A stretch of DNA of 34,241 nucleotides from an uncultured Acidimicrobiia bacterium (GCA_964347285.1 CAYFYE010000013.1:1-34241), one strand, 5' to 3'; shown: positions 9,150-18,449, counted from the first letter of the stretch. Made by a program: numbers and translations. The notes: generated by a model not told the origin, from the sequence alone.

Positions 9150-9860
9150 GTGATTCGGTATCTGCCGATCGTGACCACCGCGGTTGCCGTCGCCTTCACG
9201 GTGGTCCTGCACCGACACTGGAAGCGTGCCCCGGAAGCTCGCTTCATGCTGTGGTGGATGATCGGCGTGGCCATGTTCGGCCTGGGCACGTTGACCGAGG
9301 CCTTGACCTCTCTCTTTGGCTGGCACGAACCGCTCTTTCGGATGTGGTACATCTCGGGAGCCCTCTTGGGAGGGGCCCCGCTCGCCCAAGGCACCGTGTA
9401 CCTTCTCGTGGACCGGCGATGGGCCGATCGACTGGCGGTTGCCCTCGGCGTGTACATCGCGGTGGCGGCTGCCTTCGTTCTCACCACGCCACTGCTGGCC
9501 GAGGCAGTAGAGGAAAATCGCCTCGACGGGGCGGTGATGGAGTGGCAGTGGGTACGGCTTTTCTCTCCCCTGGTCAACCTCTACGCAGTGGTGTTCTTGG
9601 TGGGAGGTGCGGCCTGGTCGGCGTGGCGCTACTGGCGTCGCTCCGATCGGCCCCGGTCGCGTGTCGTGGGCAACGCCCTGATCGCCGTGGGGGCTCTGCT
9701 GCCGGGCATCGGCGGGACATTCACCCGCTTCGGCTATGTGGAGGTTCTCTACCTCACCGAGCTCACCGGTCTCTTGCTCATCTGGGCCGGCTACCGGGTC
9801 ATTACGAGCGACACCGTCGAGTCGATTCACCCCGTTCAGCGGGCCGTTGCCGTGACGTGA
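9150..9860 (+). CDS. Uncharacterised multi-pass (about 7 TM) membrane protein
   Basis: About seven hydrophobic segments, GGGAG RBS before the GTG, motifs WYISGALLGGAPLAQGTVYLL and GNALIAVGALLPGIGG. First gene of the ABC operon. Confidence 0.85.
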   Translation: MIRYLPIVTTAVAVAFTVVLHRHWKRAPEARFMLWWMIGVAMFGLGTLTEALTSLFGWHEPLFRMWYISGALLGGAPLAQGTVYLLVDRRWADRLAVALGVYIAVAAAFVLTTPLLAEAVEENRLDGAVMEWQWVRLFSPLVNLYAVVFLVGGAAWSAWRYWRRSDRPRSRVVGNALIAVGALLPGIGGTFTRFGYVEVLYLTELTGLLLIWAGYRVITSDTVESIHPVQRAVAVT

Positions 9861-9892
9861 CGGGTCGAGTTTCACGAAGCAAAGGAGTCACA

Positions 9893-10939
9893 ATGAAGCG
9901 AAGCACGATCGCCGCATTCATGGCGCTCACCCTCGTGGCCGCGGCGTGCGGTGACAGCGGCGCCGACACCACCGAGGCGCCGGAGGAGACCGCTGCGGCG
10001 CCGACCACAGAAGCGGTTACGACGACTGCCGCCCCCACCACGACGGCGGCCGCCACGACCACGCAAGCTCCCACCACCGAGGCTCCGGAGGCGGAGGGCG
10101 TGGTGTTCGTGGGCGACGACGGTGTGGAGTCGACGATCGCCGACACCAGCCGGATAGTTTCGCTCAGCGGCGATCTCACCGAGATCCTGTGGGAGCTCGG
10201 CTTCGGAGACCGCATCGTTGCCATCGATGTCACCACTACCTACCCGGAGGAGGCGACCGCGCTGCCCGTGATCGGTTTCGGGCAGCAGATTGCCCCCGAG
10301 CCGGTGCTCGGACTGCAACCGACACTGGTACTCGCCAACGAGCTGGCCGGACCCCAGGAGAGCCTGGATCTGATCAGGGCGGCTGGAGTGCCGGTTGTCG
10401 TTCTGGAGATGGGTACCACCCTGGAAGATCCGGCCCGCAAGATCCTCAGCGTCGCCGAGATCATGGGTGTGCCCGACGAGGGTCGCGCCCTCGCCGATCG
10501 AGTCAATGCCGAGATCCAGGAGGCGATCGACCTGGCCGCCCAGGCCGCCGAGCAGCCCGGAGTAGCCTTCCTCTATTCGCGGGGTCCCCAGACACTCCTG
10601 CTGTTCGGAGAGGGGATGCCGACCAATGCAATGATCGTCAATGCGAACGCAGTGGACGTTGCAGCCACAACCGGAGTCCGGGGTGCGGTGCCGCTCACAC
10701 CTGAAGCTCTGGTGGCGGCGGAGCCGGACATCATCGTTCTTCCCGAGTCCGGTGTGCAGGCCCTCGGGGGCATCGAGGCACTCGCCGAAATTCCCGGGGT
10801 GGCTCAGACTCCGGCCGGGCAAGCCGGTTCCTTCCTGGTCTACGACGAGGCCTACTTCTTCAACCTCGGACCTCGGGCCGGGCAGGCGCTGCTCGAGTTT
10901 GTCCTCGACGTTCACCCGGAGCTGGCTTCGGGCGGGTGA
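9893..10939 (+). CDS. Heme/iron-chelate ABC transporter substrate-binding lipoprotein (HmuT-like)
   Basis: AAAGGAG RBS, lipobox AAAC, Thr/Ala/Glu-rich linker, RIVSLSGDLTEIL, IVAIDVTTTYP, AFLYSRG, PGVAQTPAG, LGPRAG. Confidence 0.88.
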   Translation: MKRSTIAAFMALTLVAAACGDSGADTTEAPEETAAAPTTEAVTTTAAPTTTAAATTTQAPTTEAPEAEGVVFVGDDGVESTIADTSRIVSLSGDLTEILWELGFGDRIVAIDVTTTYPEEATALPVIGFGQQIAPEPVLGLQPTLVLANELAGPQESLDLIRAAGVPVVVLEMGTTLEDPARKILSVAEIMGVPDEGRALADRVNAEIQEAIDLAAQAAEQPGVAFLYSRGPQTLLLFGEGMPTNAMIVNANAVDVAATTGVRGAVPLTPEALVAAEPDIIVLPESGVQALGGIEALAEIPGVAQTPAGQAGSFLVYDEAYFFNLGPRAGQALLEFVLDVHPELASGG

Positions 10940-11982
10940 GCGTCGGCACCACCAAGAGGGCCGCCGCCGATCCCTTTGCGCCACGGCGCCGGGGTGTGGC
11001 GGCGGTCCTTCTCCTTTTGCTGGCGGGGGCCGGGGCGCTGAGCCTGGGCGTCGGCGAGGTCGTCGTTCCACCCGCTGAGGTCTTAGGGGTAGTGGCCCAA
11101 AAGATGGGGCTGAGCATCGGAACCGATCCCAGCTTTCAGGCCGAAGCGGTGGTCTGGCAGATTCGTCTTCCCAGGGTGCTCCTCGGGGCGGTGGCCGGGG
11201 CCGCCTTCTCGGTCGGGGGGGCGGTGCTGCAGGGGGTGTTGCGGAACCGTCTCGCCGAGCCCTATCTCCTCGGCATCGGGCCGGGGGCCGCGCTCGGAGG
11301 GGTGATCGGTGCGGTCACCGGCGGCATCGAAGGCGCTATCGCCGGGGGAACCGTCGGGGGCGTGCTGACCGGGCTGATCGTGCGCCGACTCAGCGCCGCC
11401 AGTGGGGCGGAACCCTCTCGGTTCGTGCTCACCGGGGTGGCGCTGGGAGCGGCCATCACCGCCTGGGTTGGGTTCGCCGTGTTCGTATCGGATTCGACTC
11501 GGGTGCCTCCGATCGAGTTCTGGCTACTCGGGAGCCTCGTCGGTTCCACCTGGCGCACGGTGGGGACGACCGCACTCATCTCCGGCCTCGGTGTGGTCGG
11601 CCTCTTCGGTGCGGCCCGCACTCTCGACCTGTTCACGTTGGGGGAGGCCGACGCCCGGCACCTGGGGGTGGACGTCGACATGGCCACCGCCGTTCTGTTG
11701 ACCACCGTCGGAGCGGTGACCGGCGCCGCCGTCGGGGCCGTCGGGGTGGTGGTGTTCGTAGGGCTCTTGGTACCGCACCTGGTACGGCGCCTGGTCGGCC
11801 CAGCGCACAAACCTCTCCTCGTCGGCAGCGCCCTCGGGGGTGCGCTGTTCGTCGTGCTGGCAGACCTCGGCGCCCGGACCATTGCGGCCCCGGCGGAGAT
11901 CCCGGTGGGCCTGTTGACTGCAGCCGTCGGGGGCCCCTTTTTCCTGTGGCTCATCCGGCGACCCGAGATTCCTCAGCCGTGA
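10936..11982 (+). CDS. FecCD/HmuU family ABC permease
   Basis: WQIRLPRVLL, LQGVLRNRLAEPYLLG, FWLLGSL, LGEADARHLGV, FVGLLVPH, EIPVGLLTAAVGGPFF. GTGA overlap with the binding-protein gene. Confidence 0.93.
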   Translation: MSVGTTKRAAADPFAPRRRGVAAVLLLLLAGAGALSLGVGEVVVPPAEVLGVVAQKMGLSIGTDPSFQAEAVVWQIRLPRVLLGAVAGAAFSVGGAVLQGVLRNRLAEPYLLGIGPGAALGGVIGAVTGGIEGAIAGGTVGGVLTGLIVRRLSAASGAEPSRFVLTGVALGAAITAWVGFAVFVSDSTRVPPIEFWLLGSLVGSTWRTVGTTALISGLGVVGLFGAARTLDLFTLGEADARHLGVDVDMATAVLLTTVGAVTGAAVGAVGVVVFVGLLVPHLVRRLVGPAHKPLLVGSALGGALFVVLADLGARTIAAPAEIPVGLLTAAVGGPFFLWLIRRPEIPQP

Positions 11983-12815
11983 CTGTTGAGATCGCCGCCA
12001 CCGGCGTCGGCTTTCGGGTGGGCGAGGCCACACTCGTAGCCGATGTGGACCTCGAGCTTCGTGCCGGAGAGCTGCTGGCCGTGGTCGGGCCCAACGGCGC
12101 GGGGAAGACCACGCTGCTTCGTCTGCTCAGTGGGGAACTGCCGGCCACCGAAGGCGAGGTGACCATCGGGGGAGCGCCGATCGGCCGATATTCACCCACC
12201 GAGCTGGCCCTGTGGCGGGCCATGCTGGGTCAGGGAATACCGGCGGACATCCCGTTCACGGTCCAGGCCGTGGTCGCCCTTGGGCGCCATCCTCATCGCA
12301 GAGATCCTGACAACACGCGGGAGCGGGACGGGACCATCGTGGCCGCGGCGATGGAGCGCACCGCCACGGCTCACCTCGCCGAGCGCATCTTCGCCACCCT
12401 GTCCGGTGGTGAGCAGACCCGGGTTTCTCTGGCTCGGGTGCTGGCCCAGGACACCCCGGTCGTTCTCCTCGACGAGCCGACGATTGCGCTCGATGTGGCC
12501 CATCAAGAGCGAACGATGGCCGAGATGCGCCGGCATGCACGCAACGGCCGCGCCGTGGTGGCCGTGCTGCACGATCTGAATACGGCGGCGGCCTACGCCG
12601 ATCGAATCGTACTGATGGCCGATGCCCGCATCCGCGCCGAGGGAACCCCCGAGCGGGTACTCAGGGACGACCTGTTGACCTCGGTGTACCACCAAGCCAT
12701 GCGGGTCATCCCGCACCCGTTCCGGGACTGTCTCCTGGTCCTGGCGACCGAGGGTGACGGGGGGGAACAGGCGGGGCGGCGGACCCCCGGCCTCGAGAAT
12801 GGGCCGGCCCGGTAG
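11979..12815 (+). CDS. Heme ABC transporter ATP-binding protein (HmuV-like)
   Basis: GPNGAGKTT, LSGGEQTRVSLARVLAQ, LLDEPTIALD, VLHDLNTAAAYADRI, VIPHP. GTGA overlap. Confidence 0.92.
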   Translation: MTVEIAATGVGFRVGEATLVADVDLELRAGELLAVVGPNGAGKTTLLRLLSGELPATEGEVTIGGAPIGRYSPTELALWRAMLGQGIPADIPFTVQAVVALGRHPHRRDPDNTRERDGTIVAAAMERTATAHLAERIFATLSGGEQTRVSLARVLAQDTPVVLLDEPTIALDVAHQERTMAEMRRHARNGRAVVAVLHDLNTAAAYADRIVLMADARIRAEGTPERVLRDDLLTSVYHQAMRVIPHPFRDCLLVLATEGDGGEQAGRRTPGLENGPAR

Positions 12816-12825
12816 TCTCATCGCC

Positions 12826-13287
12826 ATGTCGGCCAGCCTCCAGGACACCTACGGTCCGGACACGATCTGTTTCGGATGCGGACCGGCCAACCACCTCGGG
12901 CTCCGTATCAAGAGCTTCGTGGACGGCGACGAGCTGGTCGCCCACTGGACGCCCCAGGAGCATCATCAGGCCTTCGACGGTGTGCTCAGCGGTGGCATCA
13001 TCGGCGCGCTCCTCGACTGCCACAGCAACTGGGCGGCGGCCTGGCATCTCATGCAAGAACGGGGCGCCGACCGTCCACCCGTCACTGTGACCGCCGACTT
13101 CCACGTCACCCTGCGCCGTCCCACTCCGAGTGACCGGCCGGTTCGCCTGCGGGCCCGGCCGACAGAGTCGAGTGACCCCAAGGTGGTGATCGATGCCGAA
13201 CTGACCAGCGATGGAGAGGTCTGTGCAACCTGTCGGGGGACGTTCATTGCGGTAGAAGAGGGCCACCCGGCCCACGGCCGGTGGTGA
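12826..13287 (+). CDS. PaaI-family (hotdog-fold) thioesterase
   Basis: CFGCGPAN, GVLSGGIIGALLDCH, VTADFHVTLRRPTP, C-terminal GHPAHGRW. TAGTCT lies 7 nt before the ATG. Confidence 0.9.
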   Translation: MSASLQDTYGPDTICFGCGPANHLGLRIKSFVDGDELVAHWTPQEHHQAFDGVLSGGIIGALLDCHSNWAAAWHLMQERGADRPPVTVTADFHVTLRRPTPSDRPVRLRARPTESSDPKVVIDAELTSDGEVCATCRGTFIAVEEGHPAHGRW

Positions 13288-13293
13288 GTCCGA

Positions 13294-13896
13294 TTACACG
13301 TAACTCGACAACCAATCACCGGCCGGATGGGCAAGAGCGGCGCGCAGGTCGGCCGGTCCGTCGAGATCGAGGGCCAGCCCGGGCCTGGTCACGATCCGAT
13401 GGGGAAGCCGGTGGGCGGCCCGGAGGTGGCGGTGAAAGGAAGCCGGTCCGTAGGCAAAGGGGAATGCGTCGACGCGGCCGGCTATGACGTTGCTCCCCCC
13501 GTCGGTGGCGGGCGCCAGCGCAATACCGTGTTCGGGAACGGCAGCGAACAGCGCCTCCAGATCGGCCACGGCCACCAGTGGAAGGTCGGCATGGACGATG
13601 GCCCAGCCGGTTCCAGAGGCTCGAGCCGCTTGAACTCCCGCTTCGGCAGCACCGTCGAGGCCCATATCGCCCGGTTCGACCAGGACCTCCAGTCCCAGGC
13701 CCGAAGCCCAGTCGAGGACCTCGGCTTCGGCGGCCACGATGACCGAGCGCGCTCCGGCGGCGGTGGTGATCTGTGCCGTCCGCTCCGCCATGGCCTTGCC
13801 CAGCCGGGAGCGTCGGGCGGCGTCCAGTACGGGGTGAAGCCGCGCCTTGGCTACGCCGAACGGTTTCACCGGGATGGCGGCGAAGAGGGGCTTCAC
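13294..13896 (-). CDS. cofC: 2-phospho-L-lactate/PEP guanylyltransferase (F420 biosynthesis)
   Basis: IPVKPFGVAKARL, HADLPL, APATDGGSN, YGPASFHRH, LDLDGPADL. Confidence 0.9.
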   Translation of the reverse strand: MKPLFAAIPVKPFGVAKARLHPVLDAARRSRLGKAMAERTAQITTAAGARSVIVAAEAEVLDWASGLGLEVLVEPGDMGLDGAAEAGVQAARASGTGWAIVHADLPLVAVADLEALFAAVPEHGIALAPATDGGSNVIAGRVDAFPFAYGPASFHRHLRAAHRLPHRIVTRPGLALDLDGPADLRAALAHPAGDWLSSYV

Positions 13897-14399
13897 ATCC
13901 GACTACGGCCGGCCAGCACGTCCTCGAGGGTGACGTCGGTGGTTTGGGGGCGATCAGTCCACTCGGCCAGCTGCACCAGAACCCCGTGCGCCGAGCGGGG
14001 ATGAATGAAAGCCTCCTTCCACATCTCGGACTCGGCGCCGACGTTGACGACCTCGAAGCCGAGCTCGCGGGCCCGAGCGACTGCCGCGTGGATATCGCTC
14101 ACCTTGAAGGTCAGGTGGTGGACCCCTTCGCCTCGGCTGGAGAGAAACCGAACCAAGAAATGCGTGGCGTCGCCCGGGTCGAGTGGCTGGATCAGCTCCA
14201 ACTTGGCTGACCCGGGGAGCGCAAACTGTGCCCATCGAAAGCCTCCCGCCTGGTAATCACCTCCGCTGCGAAATCTGCCTCCCAGCAGTCGGGCCAGCGG
14301 CACCTGCGAGGCAATGTCGTGACTGGCAACGGCTATGTGATCGAAGCGCTCGACCAGGTCGCCGAGCTCGTCGGCCACACCCGTGTCATGTTCCAGCAT
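13893..14399 (-). CDS. VOC family protein (methylmalonyl-CoA epimerase-like)
   Basis: FDHIAVA, KLELIQP, GEGVHHLTFKV, EAFIHPRSAHGVLVQLAE. Start is ATG 14399 or GTG 14378. Confidence 0.88.
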   Translation of the reverse strand: MLEHDTGVADELGDLVERFDHIAVASHDIASQVPLARLLGGRFRSGGDYQAGGFRWAQFALPGSAKLELIQPLDPGDATHFLVRFLSSRGEGVHHLTFKVSDIHAAVARARELGFEVVNVGAESEMWKEAFIHPRSAHGVLVQLAEWTDRPQTTDVTLEDVLAGRSRM

Positions 14400-14529
14400 G
14401 GAAGCCGAGCCTAACGACGGACGCTCGAACCGCCCACGCCGCCCCGATTGGTGCCCCGGGTCCCGGCCTAGGCGGACGCGGCTACCTGCTACCCGATTTC
14501 GAATGTCACCACCGGTAGCCTGACCGGCC

Positions 14530-15960
14530 ATGGTCCGCAAGACCAAGATCATCGCAACGCTCGGTCCGGCGTGTGCCTCGGCCGAAGCCGTCTCCAGTCT
14601 CGTGGAGGCCGGAATGGACGTGGCCCGGCTCAACTTCTCTCATGGTCAGTACGAGGACCATCGTCGCTTTGCCGGCTGGGTTCGCTCGGCGTCCGAGGAG
14701 AAGGGGCGGGCCGTGGGCCTCCTCCAGGACATCCAGGGACCCCGAATCCGGGTGGGCACCTTTCTCGGAGGTGCCGTTGAGCTCGAGGAGGGAGACGAGG
14801 TACGTCTCCGGGGGGGAGACGGCACGGCCGGCCCCGGCGAGGTATTCATCGATCATCTGGAGGAGGCAACCGATCTCGAGGTCGGCCATCGAGTGATGAT
14901 GGCCGACGGCCTGGTCCGGCTCGAGGTGAGCCGTGCAACGGCCGGCGCAGTGTACGGGCGGGTTGTGGAGGGCGGCGTCCTCGGCAACCACAAAGGAGTG
15001 TCCTTCCCCGACACCCGCTTGACGGTGCCGGCGGTGACCGACAAAGACCTACGCGATCTGGAGTTCGGTGCCGAGCTGGACGTCGACATGGTGGCCGCCA
15101 GCTTCGTGACCAGCGGTGACGACGTACGCAGCATTCGCAAGCTCGCCGGGAGCCTGCCGGTGATAGCCAAGGTGGAACGTTCATCCGCCTACGGAGCGCT
15201 CGACGGCATCCTGGCCGAGGCCGATGGGGCGATGGTGGCCAGAGGGGATCTCGGCGTCGAGCTGTCTCTGGAGAAGATCCCACTCGTCCAGAAGGACATC
15301 ATCAACCGCACCAACAGAGCGGGTCGGATCTCTATCACCGCCACCGAGATGCTGGATTCGATGCGGACCGCCTCTCGCCCCTCCCGGGCCGAGGTCGCCG
15401 ACGTCGCCAACGCCGTCCTCGACGGGACCGACGCCGTGATGCTGAGTGGGGAGACCGCCGTGGGCCGCTTCCCAACCAGGGCGGTAGAGGTCATGGATCT
15501 GGTGTGTCGCGAGGTCGAGTCGGGGATGGACATACGCGGTCTCGGGGCCGACTTCCTTCGCGGCGAGCAGCCCTTCCCGTCGGCACTCGCCAGGGCCTGT
15601 GTCGAGGCGGCCGACAGCCTCGGCCTTCCCGCCATCGTCGCATTCTCCGAGTCCGGAGCCACGGCCCGGCTGATCTCCAAGTACCGTCCCAACACTCGCA
15701 TCGTGTGTTTCACGGCCATCGAGAAGACCTACCGACAGATGGCTCTCTACTGGGGGGTGACGCCCAAGCGTTTGGGACGGCTCGATTCCACCGACGAGAT
15801 GATCGAGTGGGCCGCCAGGGAAGCTCTGGCCCAGGGTCTGGTCTCTGAGGGGGACGGCATAGCCATAGTGGCCGGCACTGCTCCCCATCAGGCCGCCTCC
15901 ACCAACTTGCTCAAATTGCACATCGTCGGCACGGGTGCCGCCGGGGTCCCCCCCGGGTAG
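14530..15960 (+). CDS. pyk: Pyruvate kinase
   Basis: RKTKIIATLGPA, RLNFSHG, DIQGPRIR, IAKVE, MVARGDLGVE, ATEMLDSM, DGTDAVMLSGETA. Confidence 0.98.
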   Translation: MVRKTKIIATLGPACASAEAVSSLVEAGMDVARLNFSHGQYEDHRRFAGWVRSASEEKGRAVGLLQDIQGPRIRVGTFLGGAVELEEGDEVRLRGGDGTAGPGEVFIDHLEEATDLEVGHRVMMADGLVRLEVSRATAGAVYGRVVEGGVLGNHKGVSFPDTRLTVPAVTDKDLRDLEFGAELDVDMVAASFVTSGDDVRSIRKLAGSLPVIAKVERSSAYGALDGILAEADGAMVARGDLGVELSLEKIPLVQKDIINRTNRAGRISITATEMLDSMRTASRPSRAEVADVANAVLDGTDAVMLSGETAVGRFPTRAVEVMDLVCREVESGMDIRGLGADFLRGEQPFPSALARACVEAADSLGLPAIVAFSESGATARLISKYRPNTRIVCFTAIEKTYRQMALYWGVTPKRLGRLDSTDEMIEWAAREALAQGLVSEGDGIAIVAGTAPHQAASTNLLKLHIVGTGAAGVPPG

Positions 15961-15982
15961 AGTCGCCCGGCACGAGGAGGCC

Positions 15983-16330
15983 ATGGGGCAGCCCATCGAA
16001 GTCCAGGCGCAGATCGTCGGCGATATCGCCATCTTCGACACCGATCGCAGTATCACCGGCCAGGACGGTGTCGGCTTCGACTCGGCGGAAACGGCCCGAA
16101 CGACGGCCGGCCTACCGGCCCGGCTGGCCGTTCAGCTCTTGGAGGGGGATGCCGGCTTGCGCCATGTGTTCTTCCTTTCCAACACCGTTTCGGCCAGGCG
16201 GGAGGGAGGCTGGCCGGAGGAGGCCCAGTCGGCCGCCGTCCATGCGATAGAGCAGTTCTTCCTGTTCTACCGGGACGACGGGCGGCCGCCCGGCGGGGCC
16301 GCGGAGCCCACCCCACCGCCCACCGAGTAG
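15983..16330 (+). CDS. Small hypothetical protein, Nfu/NifU N-terminal-like domain
   Basis: GAGGAGG RBS. FDTDRSITG...PARLAVQLL...LRHVFFLSNTVSARR..W resembles the Nfu_N scaffold pattern. Confidence 0.7.
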   Translation: MGQPIEVQAQIVGDIAIFDTDRSITGQDGVGFDSAETARTTAGLPARLAVQLLEGDAGLRHVFFLSNTVSARREGGWPEEAQSAAVHAIEQFFLFYRDDGRPPGGAAEPTPPPTE

Positions 16331-16337
16331 GAACCGG

Positions 16338-18449
16338 TCACGGCGTCGAGGTTGGGGGTGTGGTGGTCGTTTGGGGCGGGGCGGTGGTGGTCGGCTGCGG
16401 CGGGGCCGTGGTAGGAGGTACCGTCGTGCTGGGGGGCGCCGGGGCCACGCCGATCAGCACCTGGATCGCCGTCCCCATGGGAACGAGCGCATCCGCTCCC
16501 GGGGACTGTTCGGCCACCAACCCGCCCAGTCCGCTCTCGAGGCTCACTTCGACCGGGCCTCCGCTGACCACCGTCAACCCGACCCCGGCCGCCGCGGCTC
16601 CGGCGGCGTCGAGCGAGAGTCCGATCAGCGAAGGTACCTGCACCGGACATTCGACGCTTGCCCCCGGCATCTCGCATGGATGCAACTGGACCTTGCGCAC
16701 CTCGCCCCGGTAGCGGTGGGTCCACGACTCCTCTTCCTGTGAACCGTCGGGGTAGGTGATGATGCGGGAGCAGCTCACCGACCACCCTTGTGAGCCGTTA
16801 CTCAACACCCTCTCGGTGCCGGGGATAACCTCCGCATTCGCTTCGTGCTTGGTGACCGGGGCGGCGAAGTTGGACCGGGCTCCCAGGGTGCGCTCGACCG
16901 TGAGTCCACCGTTGTTTCCGAAGAACTTCACCGTGATCGAGGTGTCGGTGTAATCGGTCTTGATGATGACTACGGCGTCGGTGTTGTTGCGGAACTTGAG
17001 ATCGGGCTGTGGCCAGGAGATCGTGGCTTCGTTGCACTCCGGATACCGGCTGATGTAGATGCTGTGCGGGGTGTGTTCGACATCCTCGTAGCCGCCGTAG
17101 AACACCGCGTTGTAGAACGTGGTGGCGAACTGGCTGACCCCGCCGCCGATCTCATCCTCGAGCTCGCCCTCGCGGATCATCGGCGCCGGTTTGAACCCGC
17201 CTTCCGCCGTCCGCCGGCCGGCGGTTTCGTTGAGTGACAGGGTCTCGCCGGGCCACACGGTCGTTCCGTCGAGGATGTCGGCCATGAGCTGGATATTTTC
17301 CACCCGTGGCTGGCAGCAGGCGTGATTCGTGGTGAACTCGGACACCTTGGTGATCGGCATCATCGCCTCGGCTTCCTCGGTGGTGAATTCGGGCTCGGCT
17401 CCTTCAACGATGGGAAGAACCCCGCGCCGGGACGGGGTGGCGGCCGCTTCGAGCAGAGCTTCGGCGACCATCTCGGCGTCCAGCAGGGTGCCGATTTGGG
17501 CCGGGATCAAGGTCACGGTGTCGTCGGCATTGATGCGGAACTCGGCATCGGACGGGGGGAGCTCCAAGCGGTTGCGCACCGCCGAGAGGAACGCATCGAC
17601 GGTCTCGGGATCGAAAGAGAACACGAGTCGGACGGGAGGACCGTCGACGACGTCGCTACGGAGTGCATTGGCGAGCTGGCGGCCGGTGAACTCGGCGCGC
17701 AACTGGGACGATGCCACCTGGGTGAGAACGACCGAGTCGCTGATGAGGAGGTTGGCCTCCTCCACGGCCGCGTCGATGTCGGCGTCGTCGAGGCGTGGCT
17801 CGAGGACGGTGAGAGGGATCTCGGTGACCGGCCGATCAGACCCGCTCAGCGTCTCCAGCACTGCGGCTGAGGCCTCAGTGCGCTCGATGGCGAGTCCCTT
17901 GGTTGGATAGACGGGAACCGCCCGCCCATCCTCGACTTCGACGGCTCCGTCGAAGACCCGGACCGTAATGGCCGTCTCTTCCCACTGATCGAAGATCGTC
18001 TGCAGTGCCTCGTCTTCGATCGAGGTCGGCAATGCCACCTCTTCCTCAGTAGTGAACTGTCGGAACCACGACCGGAGCTGGGCCCACGGTCCTCCCTGTC
18101 GTCCGCGATCCATGGCGTCTTCCACGACGGCGTCCGCATCGATGCTGAAACCGATCCTCGCCGGATCGATGGCGAACTCGCGGTCGTTGACGGTGAACAG
18201 GCCCGGCGACACGGCCAACTCGGCCTCGATCTCGGCCACCACCCGCCGGACCCCCTCCTCGTCGCGTCCGCTCAGGTCGCGGTCGGCCACCGAAACGTTG
18301 CGCAGCACCTCGTCGCGATGCAGGAAACGGTCGACCCCGTACACCAAAAGCACGAGGAGGACGATCGCGACCGGCACCGCAACGGCCAGGAGTCCGATTC
18401 GGGCGATGCGCGACTTTGTGGTGACGAGGTTGCGGAGTTTGGAGAACAT
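16338..18449 (-). CDS. VanW family membrane-anchored cell-envelope protein (PG-binding repeats, VanW, G5/PASTA-like C-terminus, Pro/Thr tail)
   Basis: N-terminal TM, CCQPRVENI, PGETLSLN, GGGVSQFATTFYNA, HSIYISRYP, DLKFRNNT, VPSLIGLS...VAEQSPG, TTAPPQ repeats. Confidence 0.9.
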   Translation of the reverse strand: MFSKLRNLVTTKSRIARIGLLAVAVPVAIVLLVLLVYGVDRFLHRDEVLRNVSVADRDLSGRDEEGVRRVVAEIEAELAVSPGLFTVNDREFAIDPARIGFSIDADAVVEDAMDRGRQGGPWAQLRSWFRQFTTEEEVALPTSIEDEALQTIFDQWEETAITVRVFDGAVEVEDGRAVPVYPTKGLAIERTEASAAVLETLSGSDRPVTEIPLTVLEPRLDDADIDAAVEEANLLISDSVVLTQVASSQLRAEFTGRQLANALRSDVVDGPPVRLVFSFDPETVDAFLSAVRNRLELPPSDAEFRINADDTVTLIPAQIGTLLDAEMVAEALLEAAATPSRRGVLPIVEGAEPEFTTEEAEAMMPITKVSEFTTNHACCQPRVENIQLMADILDGTTVWPGETLSLNETAGRRTAEGGFKPAPMIREGELEDEIGGGVSQFATTFYNAVFYGGYEDVEHTPHSIYISRYPECNEATISWPQPDLKFRNNTDAVVIIKTDYTDTSITVKFFGNNGGLTVERTLGARSNFAAPVTKHEANAEVIPGTERVLSNGSQGWSVSCSRIITYPDGSQEEESWTHRYRGEVRKVQLHPCEMPGASVECPVQVPSLIGLSLDAAGAAAAGVGLTVVSGGPVEVSLESGLGGLVAEQSPGADALVPMGTAIQVLIGVAPAPPSTTVPPTTAPPQPTTTAPPQTTTTPPTSTP

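Noticed and set aside
9251..9892. N-terminal extension of the binding-protein ORF, suggesting a fusion or overlapping gene
   Set aside because: Arg-rich off-frame reading of the membrane-protein gene. The RBS, signal peptide and lipobox place the start at 9893.
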